A DNA stretch of 64,000 bases from Alphaproteobacteria bacterium (GCA_017466695.1 JAFTTR010000002.1:70837-134836), one strand, 5' to 3'; shown: positions 8,605-18,742, counted from the stretch's first letter. Program-made: numbers and translations. Notes: generated from the sequence alone by a model not told the origin.

Positions 8605-9947
8605 TAAAACCTCCCTATGGCACGATACAAACTTGCCTTACTTGTTAACACGGCATAATAAGCTACAATAACTTCCTTTCTCGCATTAGATAGCTGTGAA
8701 CCGGCTGTCAATAAATTCAAAATATCCCCTTTACCAACTTGATATGAAGCAAAAGCCACTCGTTCATTTTCAACAGCACTTTCCAGCGCTTTTTTGCTAA
8801 TTTCATAAGAAGAAACAGCCGTTTTATAATTGTGATAAGAAGTCCAAACCTCATTTTTAACCATTTCAATCATTTCTTCTTTTTGTAAAAGAGCTTTTTC
8901 CTTTTGCGCCTCAGCCTCTTTCACATTATATGTTACTGAAAAGCCAGAAAAAAGAGGAACAGAAACATTCAACCCAATACTTGAGGAATAATCAAAATTA
9001 TTCCTTTCTTTAAAATCATCCCCATAACCGGAAGATGCTGTTAAAGAAATGGTTGGCATATGCATTGATTTCAAGGCTTTTACATTTTCAGTAGCTGCTA
9101 AAATATCTTTGTCAGCTTTTTGAATTTCAGGTCTGAGCCCTATCGCTGTTTCAATCATTTTATCAACACTCATCCCTTGCATGGAAAGTTTTGTCAAATC
9201 CCTATCATTTTTAGGTTTTAATAGGTTAAAATCAGTCGTTGGGGAAACATTTAATAAAACAGCTAATTTACCTTGATTTGTTTTAACCTGATTTTCAGCT
9301 TGAACAACATCTAATCTTGATTCTTCATAACTTGTTTTAGCAAGCAATTTATCACTTAAAGAAACAAGACCTAACTCATAACGTCTTGAAGATTCCTCAT
9401 ACGATTTTTTAAAACTTGCTTCACTTGTTTTGGCGCTTTTTAAAACCTCTTGGGCACTGAGTAAATCAAAATAAGCCTTATTAATTTCTAAAAAAGTATC
9501 TTTGATTTGAGCATTGTATTCAAACCCTGAAGATAACATATAATTTTCAGCCCTCTTCACACGAGCAGAACGGCCCCCAAAATCATAGAGCATCCACGAA
9601 AGAGCCGCATTCAAACGATAAGGATTAGCGGCATTCGAATTAAAATCTTCCACCTTATTATATGTATCTTCCATTGCACCTTTTAAAGTAACACTTGGCA
9701 AATACTCTGCTTTAGAGGCACCCAAAGAAGCCTCTTTTGCCTTCACTTCCATATACCCTCTATTTAAAGTCGGATTATTACAAAGCCCAATTTCTAACAA
9801 TTCAGGCAATCCCATAGGGCCTTTTAAAATATCTTTATCCACACAATTTTCTGGTGCTTTTTGTTCAAAAACATGAAAGGGATCCATGGCCTGCGCCACC
9901 CCTGAAAAACAAATTATACCCATACCTAATAAGAAAATTTTGCGCAT
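8604..9947 (-). CDS. Outer membrane efflux protein, TolC family
   Basis: Signal peptide MRKIFLLGMGIICFSGVAQA; two repeated OEP-like halves; first gene of the operon. Confidence 0.8.
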   Translation of the reverse strand: MRKIFLLGMGIICFSGVAQAMDPFHVFEQKAPENCVDKDILKGPMGLPELLEIGLCNNPTLNRGYMEVKAKEASLGASKAEYLPSVTLKGAMEDTYNKVEDFNSNAANPYRLNAALSWMLYDFGGRSARVKRAENYMLSSGFEYNAQIKDTFLEINKAYFDLLSAQEVLKSAKTSEASFKKSYEESSRRYELGLVSLSDKLLAKTSYEESRLDVVQAENQVKTNQGKLAVLLNVSPTTDFNLLKPKNDRDLTKLSMQGMSVDKMIETAIGLRPEIQKADKDILAATENVKALKSMHMPTISLTASSGYGDDFKERNNFDYSSSIGLNVSVPLFSGFSVTYNVKEAEAQKEKALLQKEEMIEMVKNEVWTSYHNYKTAVSSYEISKKALESAVENERVAFASYQVGKGDILNLLTAGSQLSNARKEVIVAYYAVLTSKASLYRAIGRF

Positions 9948-10120
9948 TTTTAACTCCTCACATGAAGGTTAACGAATATCCCCACCTAAATGTTCAAAAA
10001 AACTCTCTCGATAGTAGTACACCTTCCAAATCAAGTCAATATTTTTTTGATTTTTAATAAAAACACTTGTATTTAAAAATAAGTTCCTATAAACTATTAT
10101 TCTTGAAAAGGAGATATGAT

Positions 10121-10507
10121 ATGATTGGTGAAATTACAAAGAAAGTGGAAGCTTTAAATAAACTTAAAGAAACGGCAAATAATCCAAAAATTTTATGGGA
10201 AGAAATGCAAATTGTTGCTGACAAATCTTTTCAACTACAAGAAGATATATTAGCCCTTATTCAGCAAGCTGAAGAAACAGAAAAGAACATTGCTGCACTT
10301 CAATCGCTTTTTGAAACAAGAGAAATGGTTTGGGATATCATTGATGAAATTGCTGCGCTTGAAATAAAATCAAAAGAAAAAGCTCATAAAAAACAATCAA
10401 AATGTGCCTCAAAAAAAAGTTGTCCTGACAAAAAATGTGATTGCCATCATTCCTCTCATGAAGCCCAAGAAGAATGTCATAGCTCCTGTTGCTGCCACAA
10501 ACATTAA
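10121..10507 (+). CDS. Small coiled-coil protein with Cys/His-rich C-terminal tail (putative metal-binding), hypothetical
   Basis: AAGGAG RBS 7 nt upstream of ATG 10121 (the ORF-track start at 10067 is less likely). Tail KCASKKSCPDKKCDCHHSSHEAQEECHSSCCCHKH. Confidence 0.5.
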   Translation: MIGEITKKVEALNKLKETANNPKILWEEMQIVADKSFQLQEDILALIQQAEETEKNIAALQSLFETREMVWDIIDEIAALEIKSKEKAHKKQSKCASKKSCPDKKCDCHHSSHEAQEECHSSCCCHKH

Positions 10508-10522
10508 AGGAGAAGAACTTAT

Positions 10523-10771
10523 ATGACAAATAGTTTAGAAAATCTCTCTTTTGAAGAAGCCATGCAAGAACTAGAACAAGTTGTTCGCCAACTTGAAACA
10601 GGCAAAGTGAAGTTGGAAGATGCTGTATCAGCTTATGAAAAAGGGGTCGCACTTAAAAATATTTGCGAAGAAAAATTAAAAAATGCTAAATCAAAAATTG
10701 ACTTATTGGTAATTGGTGATAACAACACTCCTATTGCAACGGAAGATTTTGATGACAACATTAACAAATAG
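10523..10771 (+). CDS. xseB: Exodeoxyribonuclease VII small subunit
   Basis: LSFEEAMQELEQVVRQLETGKVKLEDAVSAYEKGVAL is typical of XseB; ~80 aa. Confidence 0.85.
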   Translation: MTNSLENLSFEEAMQELEQVVRQLETGKVKLEDAVSAYEKGVALKNICEEKLKNAKSKIDLLVIGDNNTPIATEDFDDNINK

Positions 10772-11642
10772 TTTGAGAAATGTTAGAAGCGAACTAGATA
10801 CTTATTTTAAAAACCATTTTCAAAATGAAATGGGGCTTCCCTCTGAAGTTCTTAAAGCCATGAGTTATTCCTTTATTGGAAAAGGAAAGGCATTAAGACC
10901 TTTTTTGGTTTTAACAGTTGCTGATATTTTAAATTTAGATAAACAATCAGCGTTGCAAATTGCACTTGCCATTGAAATGGTACACACCTACTCTCTTATT
11001 CATGATGATCTACCAGCTATGGATAATGATACCTTGCGAAGAGGGCAACCAACTTGTCATATTCAATTTTCTGAATCCACTGCCATTTTGGCTGGAGATG
11101 CTCTTTTAACACATGCATTTGAGGTTTTAGCTGATGAAAAAACACATCCCAATGCCCTTGTTCGTTGCCAATTAATTGCTTATCTTGCCAAAAGTGCTGG
11201 GGTTGAAGGGATGATTGGAGGGCAAGTCATGGACCTTCAAGGTGAAAAAATCCCCTTGATGGAAAATGAGATTTACAAAATGCAATCTATGAAAACCGGC
11301 GCTTTATTAAAATTTTCTTGCATTGCCCCTGCTATAGCAGCTCAAAAAAATCAAGAAACGATTGAAGCTTTAACCTCTTATGCCAACGCTATTGGTCTTT
11401 TGTTTCAAATAACAGACGATTTATTAGATGAAATAGGCTCAGAACAAGAAGTTGGTAAGACGCTCAAAAAAGACAAAAAAGCTGGTAAATCAACATTTTT
11501 AAATCTCTATGGTATTCAAAAAACAAGAGAACTTGCTCTTGAGATGCATCAAAAAGCCTTACAAGCGTTAAATACGCCTATTTTAAAGGAATGTACTTTA
11601 CTCAAAGAGTTAGCCAACTTCATTTTAACAAGGACCTATTAA
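10752..11642 (+). CDS. ispA: Farnesyl diphosphate synthase (geranyltranstransferase)
   Basis: FARM LIHDDLPAMDNDTLRRG and SARM FQITDDLLD motifs. Start taken at MTTLTN, a 20-nt overlap with xseB. Confidence 0.88.
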   Translation: MTTLTNSLRNVRSELDTYFKNHFQNEMGLPSEVLKAMSYSFIGKGKALRPFLVLTVADILNLDKQSALQIALAIEMVHTYSLIHDDLPAMDNDTLRRGQPTCHIQFSESTAILAGDALLTHAFEVLADEKTHPNALVRCQLIAYLAKSAGVEGMIGGQVMDLQGEKIPLMENEIYKMQSMKTGALLKFSCIAPAIAAQKNQETIEALTSYANAIGLLFQITDDLLDEIGSEQEVGKTLKKDKKAGKSTFLNLYGIQKTRELALEMHQKALQALNTPILKECTLLKELANFILTRTY

Positions 11643-12287
11643 ATGGCATTGATGAAAAAGAATGAACTGAAACTTTTTTTAGACAAACTGTTTGAAGTCT
11701 ATCCCAATCCACGCTGTGAATTAAACTATATCAATCACTTCACTTTACTTGTTGCTATTATTTTATCGGCCCAAAGCACGGATAAAGGGGTTAACAAGGT
11801 AACTGAAAAGCTTTTTCCTGTCGCCTCAACACCTGAAGAGATGCTTTTGCTTGGGGAAGAAAGATTAAAACAATATATCCGTTCGATTAACTACTTTAAT
11901 AATAAGGCAAAATCCATTATTAAATTAGCTCATCAACTCATTGAGAACTTCAATGGGCAAATCCCCACTGATTTTGAAACACTCAAAACTTTAAGTGGTG
12001 TTGGGCAAAAAACAGCTAGTGTTTTTTTAAATGTTGCCTATCATGCTCCCTTTATTGGCGTTGATACCCACGTTTTTCGCCTGTGTCATCGGCTTAATAT
12101 TTGTAAGGGGAAAGATCCAAGCGCTGTTCAAGAAAAATTACAAAAAATCATTCCAGCAAGCTATCAACCAGATGTTGCTTTGGCGCTTGTCTTTCATGGG
12201 AGATATGTTTGCACAGCAAAACGACCAAAATGCGCAACATGCCCTTTAAAGGATGTCTGCACTGCAATTGAAAATAAGGAGATATAA
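11643..12287 (+). CDS. nth: Endonuclease III
   Basis: HhH-GPD LSGVGQKTASV; C-terminal 4Fe-4S loop CTAKRPKCATCPLKDVC. Confidence 0.9.
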   Translation: MALMKKNELKLFLDKLFEVYPNPRCELNYINHFTLLVAIILSAQSTDKGVNKVTEKLFPVASTPEEMLLLGEERLKQYIRSINYFNNKAKSIIKLAHQLIENFNGQIPTDFETLKTLSGVGQKTASVFLNVAYHAPFIGVDTHVFRLCHRLNICKGKDPSAVQEKLQKIIPASYQPDVALALVFHGRYVCTAKRPKCATCPLKDVCTAIENKEI

Positions 12288-13858
12288 TGCGTTTATCTAT
12301 CTTTTTAACACTCATCAGTATAAGTCTTCTTTCAAATCACAGTTTTGCAACAAATATTGAAACGTTGTTTAACTTGAAAGACCCAAACTATTATAAAGAG
12401 ACAGTTTCAAAAACATATACAAACACCCCTATTATTAAAATTGAAGGACCTGCTCCTATTGTTGAAGGGGAAAAAGACATTGAACGCCCCACACTTAAAC
12501 CCTCAAGCATTGATGAACTTAAGGCTTTAACGCCTCAAATTAATCAAACATATACCCTTAAAACTCCTTTTGGACAAAATACAACAGCTGACAATTTAGA
12601 ACACACGACTGATTTTAACGTACAAATTCAAATTATTGACAATAAAACGGTTTCTGTTCAAGAATATATTCAGTTCATCTCCCACCAGAAAAAGAAACTT
12701 TCAAGACACATTCCCTTACAACTTCAAAAAGGCTTAGCCCCTTTAAACATTGAAATGAATACTTTTGAAAAAAATGGTAAAAAAGTCAGTTATGACATTC
12801 AAAAAAGCAATGATGAATTTGTCATTACCAGCACAAAAGAATATCCTGCCGGCGTTCATATGATTCATTTAAACTATATTGCTCATAATGCTATTCAAGA
12901 ACAAAATGGCATGACTCAACTTTTTTTAAGCTTAACAGGAAAACACTGGCCATATCCTGTCAATAGATTTAAAGCTATTGTTCTTTATCCATATATACCA
13001 GTCTCTTATCAAAAAAATTTGCTTGCAGGCACAAACAACATCAATCTTACACAAGGAGTTGACATTGTAACAGATATTAAGGGAAATTCAATTTATACCC
13101 TAAAACAAATTTTACCAGCTTTTGGTGATGTAAGAATTTTTGAAACCTTTGATGGGAAAAACTTACCCCAAAATTTCAGCGAGTTATTCTTTCAAAAATA
13201 TAAAAAATTGTTCTTTTCTTTATTCTCGTGTTTAGCTATTTTCTTATATCTTGGACTTTCAACACTTTATATAAAAAAAATAGAAAAAAGACATGAAAAT
13301 GTTTTAAAACGTGTAAATCGCCTCTCATTTACAACATTATTGTTATTACAGAAGAAAAAAATCAAAAAAGATGTTGTTTCTACATTAATCAAAATAAAAA
13401 AAATAACAAAGAAATCTTCTTTTATTCTTAAAGCACTTGCTTTTTTAATGAAAACAAAAATAACACAATCTATCACAAAAAGAGTTCTTAAATTCTTAAC
13501 TCTTTTTGTGGCCTTATTTAAACATTTATTTGTTGTAAGTGTTATTTTAGGAGTTACCACATTCCCTTTCATTCAAAAGGCCGGAGGATCAGATATTGTC
13601 TTTTTAATACCTCTTTTCTTTGCTATCATAGCTGTGAAGTTTTTTTATCAAAAAGTTCTTATTCCTGAACTTAAAAATGATTTGAAACTTTTTAAAGAAA
13701 AATTACTCAGTCCTCATATTTGTTTTGGACTAAAAGACAGCACAATTTTAGCTTTTTATTTAAGATATTTACAAACAGCCTATTTACTTAATATTGATGA
13801 TAAGTTAGCATCTATTATCACCACTCAAAATCCTGATATTCAATTACCTTCTATTTAA
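12287..13858 (+). CDS. Hypothetical secreted/membrane protein: signal peptide, ~300-aa extracytoplasmic domain, C-terminal multi-TM region with Lys-rich loops (DUF2207-like architecture)
   Basis: Signal peptide MRLSIFLTLISISLLSNHSFA; C-terminal hydrophobic segments (FFSLFSCLAIFLYLGL; LTLFVALFKHLFVVSVILGV; IVFLIPLFFAIIAV). AAGGAG RBS; ATG overlaps the nth stop. No catalytic motif recognised. Confidence 0.5.
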   Translation: MRLSIFLTLISISLLSNHSFATNIETLFNLKDPNYYKETVSKTYTNTPIIKIEGPAPIVEGEKDIERPTLKPSSIDELKALTPQINQTYTLKTPFGQNTTADNLEHTTDFNVQIQIIDNKTVSVQEYIQFISHQKKKLSRHIPLQLQKGLAPLNIEMNTFEKNGKKVSYDIQKSNDEFVITSTKEYPAGVHMIHLNYIAHNAIQEQNGMTQLFLSLTGKHWPYPVNRFKAIVLYPYIPVSYQKNLLAGTNNINLTQGVDIVTDIKGNSIYTLKQILPAFGDVRIFETFDGKNLPQNFSELFFQKYKKLFFSLFSCLAIFLYLGLSTLYIKKIEKRHENVLKRVNRLSFTTLLLLQKKKIKKDVVSTLIKIKKITKKSSFILKALAFLMKTKITQSITKRVLKFLTLFVALFKHLFVVSVILGVTTFPFIQKAGGSDIVFLIPLFFAIIAVKFFYQKVLIPELKNDLKLFKEKLLSPHICFGLKDSTILAFYLRYLQTAYLLNIDDKLASIITTQNPDIQLPSI

Positions 13859-13873
13859 AAAAAAGGACTAACC

Positions 13874-14989
13874 ATGAAAACAACATTATTTCTTTTTTTA
13901 ATATTAGCGACAACTTCTTTTACAGCAAGAGCAACTTTGCAGGATTTAGCAAGCGAATATTCACCCATTCAACCGATTAAAGAAATTGCTCAAAAAACAA
14001 TTGAGTTATCTGGTGCACTTTCTGGAACACTTGAAAAAAGCCCTACAGCCATTCTGCAAGAACAGCTAAATGAGGCTTTTGATGATGATAAAATGCTGGC
14101 TTTTTATTTATCCACGCCAAAAGAAAAACGCCAATATCTTTTTCCAATGATACATATAGCGCCTTTTATTTCACATAAAATTAAATCCCATCCAGAAATT
14201 TTGTTTTATAAAAATAAACAACCAACCATTATTGCCCCTAGGTTGCAAGAATTTGCAAAAAAACATTTGAACGACCTTTCCCCTTACTATTACAATTATT
14301 TAGATCCTGAGTTTTGGCAAAAAACACCTCAAGAAGAACTTTGCAATCCTGAAATGGTACAACAAGAAAGAGCCCCAGCTTTGAAAGAAAAAGGACCAGA
14401 TTATGTCTATCCAACAATTAGGGAAATCTTTAATCTCGCTGGAAAAGATGCAAAAGATTATTTTAAAACCAGTCTCACAAGTGATGATTTAGCAAAATTT
14501 TCATCTGTTATTGCTGACTTAGAATCTTTCACCCCTGTTCATTTTGAAAAAGATAACCTGATTGTTTTTGTTTCCAAATACTCAAAGAATCAACCCTTTA
14601 GGTATATCGGTGATCCTTTCTTAATGTATCTTTTTACACTTGAAAAATTAGATGAAAGAGAAAATTTTGACGCCTTTGTTCAAAAACATGGGTTCAAAGA
14701 TGGGCAAGATTTTGCCTTAAAAGCTGATAAGATTGTTAAGGCTTATAATGCCTTGACGCTTCATTTGTTAATTGCCTCTTACATCACCCAACATAAAGAA
14801 GGCAAATCCATTAAACAACCTACCAGAGAGGACTTTGGGGCACCAGATATTCACGTAATGGATATGTATACCAGAATGAATTCATCCACACCTGGAGATG
14901 TTTATTTTGTGAAAAAATATAAAGATCAAATTAAACCAATTTTAAAAACAAACTTTATCCAATATGGTATTATGTTTTATATTGACTAA
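13874..14989 (+). CDS. Hypothetical secreted protein (371 aa)
   Basis: Signal peptide MKTTLFLFLILATTSFTARA; no recognisable domain; very AT-rich. Confidence 0.45.
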   Translation: MKTTLFLFLILATTSFTARATLQDLASEYSPIQPIKEIAQKTIELSGALSGTLEKSPTAILQEQLNEAFDDDKMLAFYLSTPKEKRQYLFPMIHIAPFISHKIKSHPEILFYKNKQPTIIAPRLQEFAKKHLNDLSPYYYNYLDPEFWQKTPQEELCNPEMVQQERAPALKEKGPDYVYPTIREIFNLAGKDAKDYFKTSLTSDDLAKFSSVIADLESFTPVHFEKDNLIVFVSKYSKNQPFRYIGDPFLMYLFTLEKLDERENFDAFVQKHGFKDGQDFALKADKIVKAYNALTLHLLIASYITQHKEGKSIKQPTREDFGAPDIHVMDMYTRMNSSTPGDVYFVKKYKDQIKPILKTNFIQYGIMFYID

Positions 14990-15037
14990 ATCGAAAAGAA
15001 ACGCTATACTCTCAAGAAATTAGAAGGAGTTTTACAA

Positions 15038-15664
15038 ATGGCTTGGACTGCAGAAAAGATTAAACAACTTAAAAAATTATGGCTCAAAGGTAAAAGTACA
15101 ATTGAAATTGGAAAAGAACTTGGCATTTCAAAAAATGCTGTGGTTGGAAAAGTTCACCGGTTAGAACTTGCCGCTCGTCCTTCTCCAATTAAACGGGTAC
15201 AAAAACCTACTACAGCTACAAAACAAAAGGTTGTTAAAAAAGAAATTAAACCTAAAAAAATGACTTTAATGGATTTAAAACTCACTTCTTGCAGATGGCC
15301 AATTGGTGACCCTAAGGATGAAGATTTTCACTTTTGTGGGGCCGATACAGTCACGGGAAAACCTTATTGCGCTGAACACTGCAAAGTTGCCTATACTTCA
15401 TTAAAAGAACTCACTCTTCAAAATGCAAAAGCAAAAAAAGAAAAAGAAGAACAAGAATTGTTAGAAAAGCAAGCTGATGCTCTTTTAAAAGAAGCTGATG
15501 AAAAAGAATCTAAAAAAACAAAAGCAACTTCAAAGAAAAAACTTTCATTAGAAGAACAACAATCTTTATGGGAACAACAAGCTGATGCGTTGCTCGCTGC
15601 TGCTGACGAAGCTGAAGCACCAAAAAAAAGAGCTAGCTCGAAGAAAAAAGAAACAGCAATCTAA
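15038..15664 (+). CDS. gcrA: Cell-cycle transcriptional regulator GcrA
   Basis: N-terminus MAWTAEKIKQLKKLWLKGKSTIEIGKELGISKNAVVGKVHRL and the C-terminal CRWPIGDP...CAEHC motif are characteristic of GcrA. Confidence 0.88.
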   Translation: MAWTAEKIKQLKKLWLKGKSTIEIGKELGISKNAVVGKVHRLELAARPSPIKRVQKPTTATKQKVVKKEIKPKKMTLMDLKLTSCRWPIGDPKDEDFHFCGADTVTGKPYCAEHCKVAYTSLKELTLQNAKAKKEKEEQELLEKQADALLKEADEKESKKTKATSKKKLSLEEQQSLWEQQADALLAAADEAEAPKKRASSKKKETAI

Positions 15665-15710
15665 AAAGTTTTTAATCATCTTTTAAGAATAAAATATGGG
15701 GAGTGAAACA

Positions 15711-18599
15711 ATGCAACAAGTTAACGTGTCGCATCTAAGAGAAGTTGACTTAGAAAATGATAAGACAAAAAGCATTTGTCTTGTTGATGGCTCTGGATAC
15801 ATTTTTAGAGCATTCTATGCCCTACCCCTTATGACACGAGAAGACGGTACACCAGTAAATGCTGTTTACGGTTTTATGAATATGTTGATGAACCTAGTAA
15901 GCGAAAATGGGTGTTCTCATATTTTGGTTGTTTTTGATGCTAAGCGTAAAAATTATCGAAATGATATTTATAAAGCTTATAAAGAAAATAGAAAAGAAAC
16001 CCCACCAGAACTTGTACCTCAGTTTCCCCTTATTCGAGAAGCTAGTGACGTTTTAAACATTCCATGGATTGAAATGGAAGGGTTTGAAGCTGATGACTTA
16101 ATTGCGTCCTATGCAAAAATTGCAACTGAAAAAGGATGGCATACCACAGTTGTTTCTGCCGATAAAGACTTGATGCAATTAATGAATGATCATGTTTCTC
16201 TTTATGATCCAATGAAAAAAAAGATCATCACAAATGAAGATGTCATTAACAAATTTGGTGTTTTGCCAGACAAAGTAACAGATGTTCAATCATTAATGGG
16301 CGATAGTACCGATAATATTCCAGGAGCCACTGGCATTGGTCCCAAAACAGCGGCCAGTTTAATCAATGAATTCGGCTCACTTGATACATTACTGAATAAT
16401 TTATCCCAAGTAAAAAATGAAAAAAGGCGCGCAATTTTAGAAAGAGATAAAGAGCAAATTCTCATTTCTCAAAAACTTGTCACTTTGTGTGACACAGCAC
16501 CTGTGAACGAGGATTTATCTTTGTATAGAGCTAAAGCACCCGATATTGAAAAGATGAAGCAATTTTTGGTTCAAAATCGCTTTAAAAGTTTGTTAGCAAA
16601 AGTTTCTTCTTGGTCAGATGACAGAGTTAAAAATATTCATCTTTTAAATGAAAGCCCTTCCATTTCTTCAAGCGAAAACCTTGTTAAAGATAAGGTTGAA
16701 TCTATTCCAGTACAGCCCATTGAAAAGAAAGCTATTCTATTTTCTCCCAGAAAATATGAGCTTATTCAAGAAGTAAAAGATCTCGAGCGTTGGATTGAAA
16801 AATTAAAAACCGCCTCTGAGTTCGCCATTGATACGGAAACCACCTCTTTAAATATTTTGGAGGCAAAGCTGGTGGGTATTTCTCTTGCTGTTGATGATAA
16901 AGCTTGTTATATTCCTGTGCGCCATGGTGGGGAGGAAGAGGAAAATACGGTTGATTTATTCTCTTTTACCTCAGTTGAAAAAAAAGAAAGAGAAAAACAA
17001 ATTCCTTTAAAAGTTGTTTTAAAAGAACTCCTCCCTTTGTTAAAAGATAAAAACATTAAAAAGATTGGGCATAATTTAAAATATGACCTTCACATTTTGG
17101 CAAAAGAAATTGGACCAGCGTTTGATATTATCTCTTATGAAGACACAATGGTTTTGAGTTATGTTTTAAATGGTGTTACCCATGGACATGGAATGGACGA
17201 GCTGTCCACGCTTTATTTAAACCATACAACAATTAAATATGAAGAGGTTTGTGGTTCGGGAAAAGAAAAAATAACCTTTGATCAAGTACCACTTGAAAAA
17301 GCTTTACTCTATGCAGCTGAAGATGCAGATATTACCTTGGAATTGTATCACCATTTCAAAGAAAAGCTCACAGATGAAAGTCTTAAAAACATCTATTATC
17401 ATATTGACTTACCTTTGGTTAAAATCTTATTTAGGATGGAAGAAAAAGGCATTCAAATTGACACCTTGCAGTTAAATAATTTGAAGCATTATTTCACACA
17501 AGAACTTGCCAACTTAACTCAAAAAATTTATGACCTTGCTGGTGAAGAATTCAACATCAATTCACCTATGCAACTGGGGCAAATCTTGTTTGAAAAAATG
17601 GGTCTTCCTGGTGGAAAGAAAGGCACAAAAGGTGGATTTAGTACAGATGTCAAAGTGTTAGAGGCTTTGGCTAGCGAAGGACATGAGATTGCAAAAACAG
17701 CTTTAGAATATCGCTCATTTGCTAAGCTTAAAAGCACATATGTAGATGCTTTACTCACTTTAACAGATAAAGAAAATCGAGTTCACACTTCTTATATGCA
17801 AACTGTAACAAGCACTGGACGCCTTTCTTCAACAGACCCTAATTTGCAAAATATCCCCATTAAAACAGAGGCAGGAAAAGAAATTAGAAAAGCCTTTGTT
17901 GCCAAAAAGGGATATAAGATTATGGCCGCCGACTATTCTCAAATTGAATTAAGATTAATGGCTGACGTTGCTAATATTAAAAATTTAAAAACTTCTTTTA
18001 TGAATAATGAAGATATTCACGCAAGAACAGCCTCTCAAATTTTCAATGTACCACTAGAAGAAGTCTCAAAAGATTTAAGACGTAACGCTAAAGCGATTAA
18101 CTTTGGGATTATTTATGGAATGAGCGCCTTCGGCCTTTCGGCTCAATTAGGTATTTCAAGACAAGAGGCTAGTAATTATATCAATGCTTATTTCAAAGAA
18201 TATCCTGAAATTAAAACGTATATGGAAGAAACCACTCAATTTGCAACCACAAATGGGTACGTCCTCACACCAATGGGACGCAGATGTTACATCCGAGGGA
18301 TTATGGACCCTAAAATGCGTGGGATTGCTTCACGAGCAGCCATCAATGCTCCCATCCAAGGTGGTGCTGCAGATATCATCAAAATTGCCATGCAAAAAGT
18401 AGTTGACCGATTGGCAAAAGAAGATGTGGATGCTTCTTTATTACTCCAAGTTCATGATGAATTGGTGTTAGAAGTCAAAGAGAGTGATACCCAAAAAGTT
18501 GCTGAACTTTTAAAAGAAACAATGGAAAATGCTGTTACTCTTTCTGTGCCACTTATTGTTGAAGTTGACACAGCCGATAATTGGAAAGATGCTCATTAA
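15711..18599 (+). CDS. polA: DNA polymerase I
   Basis: 5'-3' exo N-terminus (LVDGSGYIFRAFYA), 3'-5' exo and pol domains (RRNAKAINFGIIYG; QVHDELVLE). Start taken at MQQVN, with a GGGGAG RBS (the ORF-track start is 5 codons upstream). Confidence 0.92.
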   Translation: MQQVNVSHLREVDLENDKTKSICLVDGSGYIFRAFYALPLMTREDGTPVNAVYGFMNMLMNLVSENGCSHILVVFDAKRKNYRNDIYKAYKENRKETPPELVPQFPLIREASDVLNIPWIEMEGFEADDLIASYAKIATEKGWHTTVVSADKDLMQLMNDHVSLYDPMKKKIITNEDVINKFGVLPDKVTDVQSLMGDSTDNIPGATGIGPKTAASLINEFGSLDTLLNNLSQVKNEKRRAILERDKEQILISQKLVTLCDTAPVNEDLSLYRAKAPDIEKMKQFLVQNRFKSLLAKVSSWSDDRVKNIHLLNESPSISSSENLVKDKVESIPVQPIEKKAILFSPRKYELIQEVKDLERWIEKLKTASEFAIDTETTSLNILEAKLVGISLAVDDKACYIPVRHGGEEEENTVDLFSFTSVEKKEREKQIPLKVVLKELLPLLKDKNIKKIGHNLKYDLHILAKEIGPAFDIISYEDTMVLSYVLNGVTHGHGMDELSTLYLNHTTIKYEEVCGSGKEKITFDQVPLEKALLYAAEDADITLELYHHFKEKLTDESLKNIYYHIDLPLVKILFRMEEKGIQIDTLQLNNLKHYFTQELANLTQKIYDLAGEEFNINSPMQLGQILFEKMGLPGGKKGTKGGFSTDVKVLEALASEGHEIAKTALEYRSFAKLKSTYVDALLTLTDKENRVHTSYMQTVTSTGRLSSTDPNLQNIPIKTEAGKEIRKAFVAKKGYKIMAADYSQIELRLMADVANIKNLKTSFMNNEDIHARTASQIFNVPLEEVSKDLRRNAKAINFGIIYGMSAFGLSAQLGISRQEASNYINAYFKEYPEIKTYMEETTQFATTNGYVLTPMGRRCYIRGIMDPKMRGIASRAAINAPIQGGAADIIKIAMQKVVDRLAKEDVDASLLLQVHDELVLEVKESDTQKVAELLKETMENAVTLSVPLIVEVDTADNWKDAH

Positions 18600-18742
18600 C
18601 AAATAAAAACTCTTTATTCTCTTTTTTTTACTATAAAGAGAAAGATAATGGCTAACCAGCTGGTTTCTGATTACAAAAAAAAGCAACATAATTTCAATGT
18701 TGCTTTTTTATGATAATGCTAAAAGTATGAGCAAATTGTTAT

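Noticed and set aside
18601-18645. Possible terminator after polA (ctctttat...ataaagag)
   Set aside because: The stem is AT-only with a 15-nt loop, so it is too weak to call.
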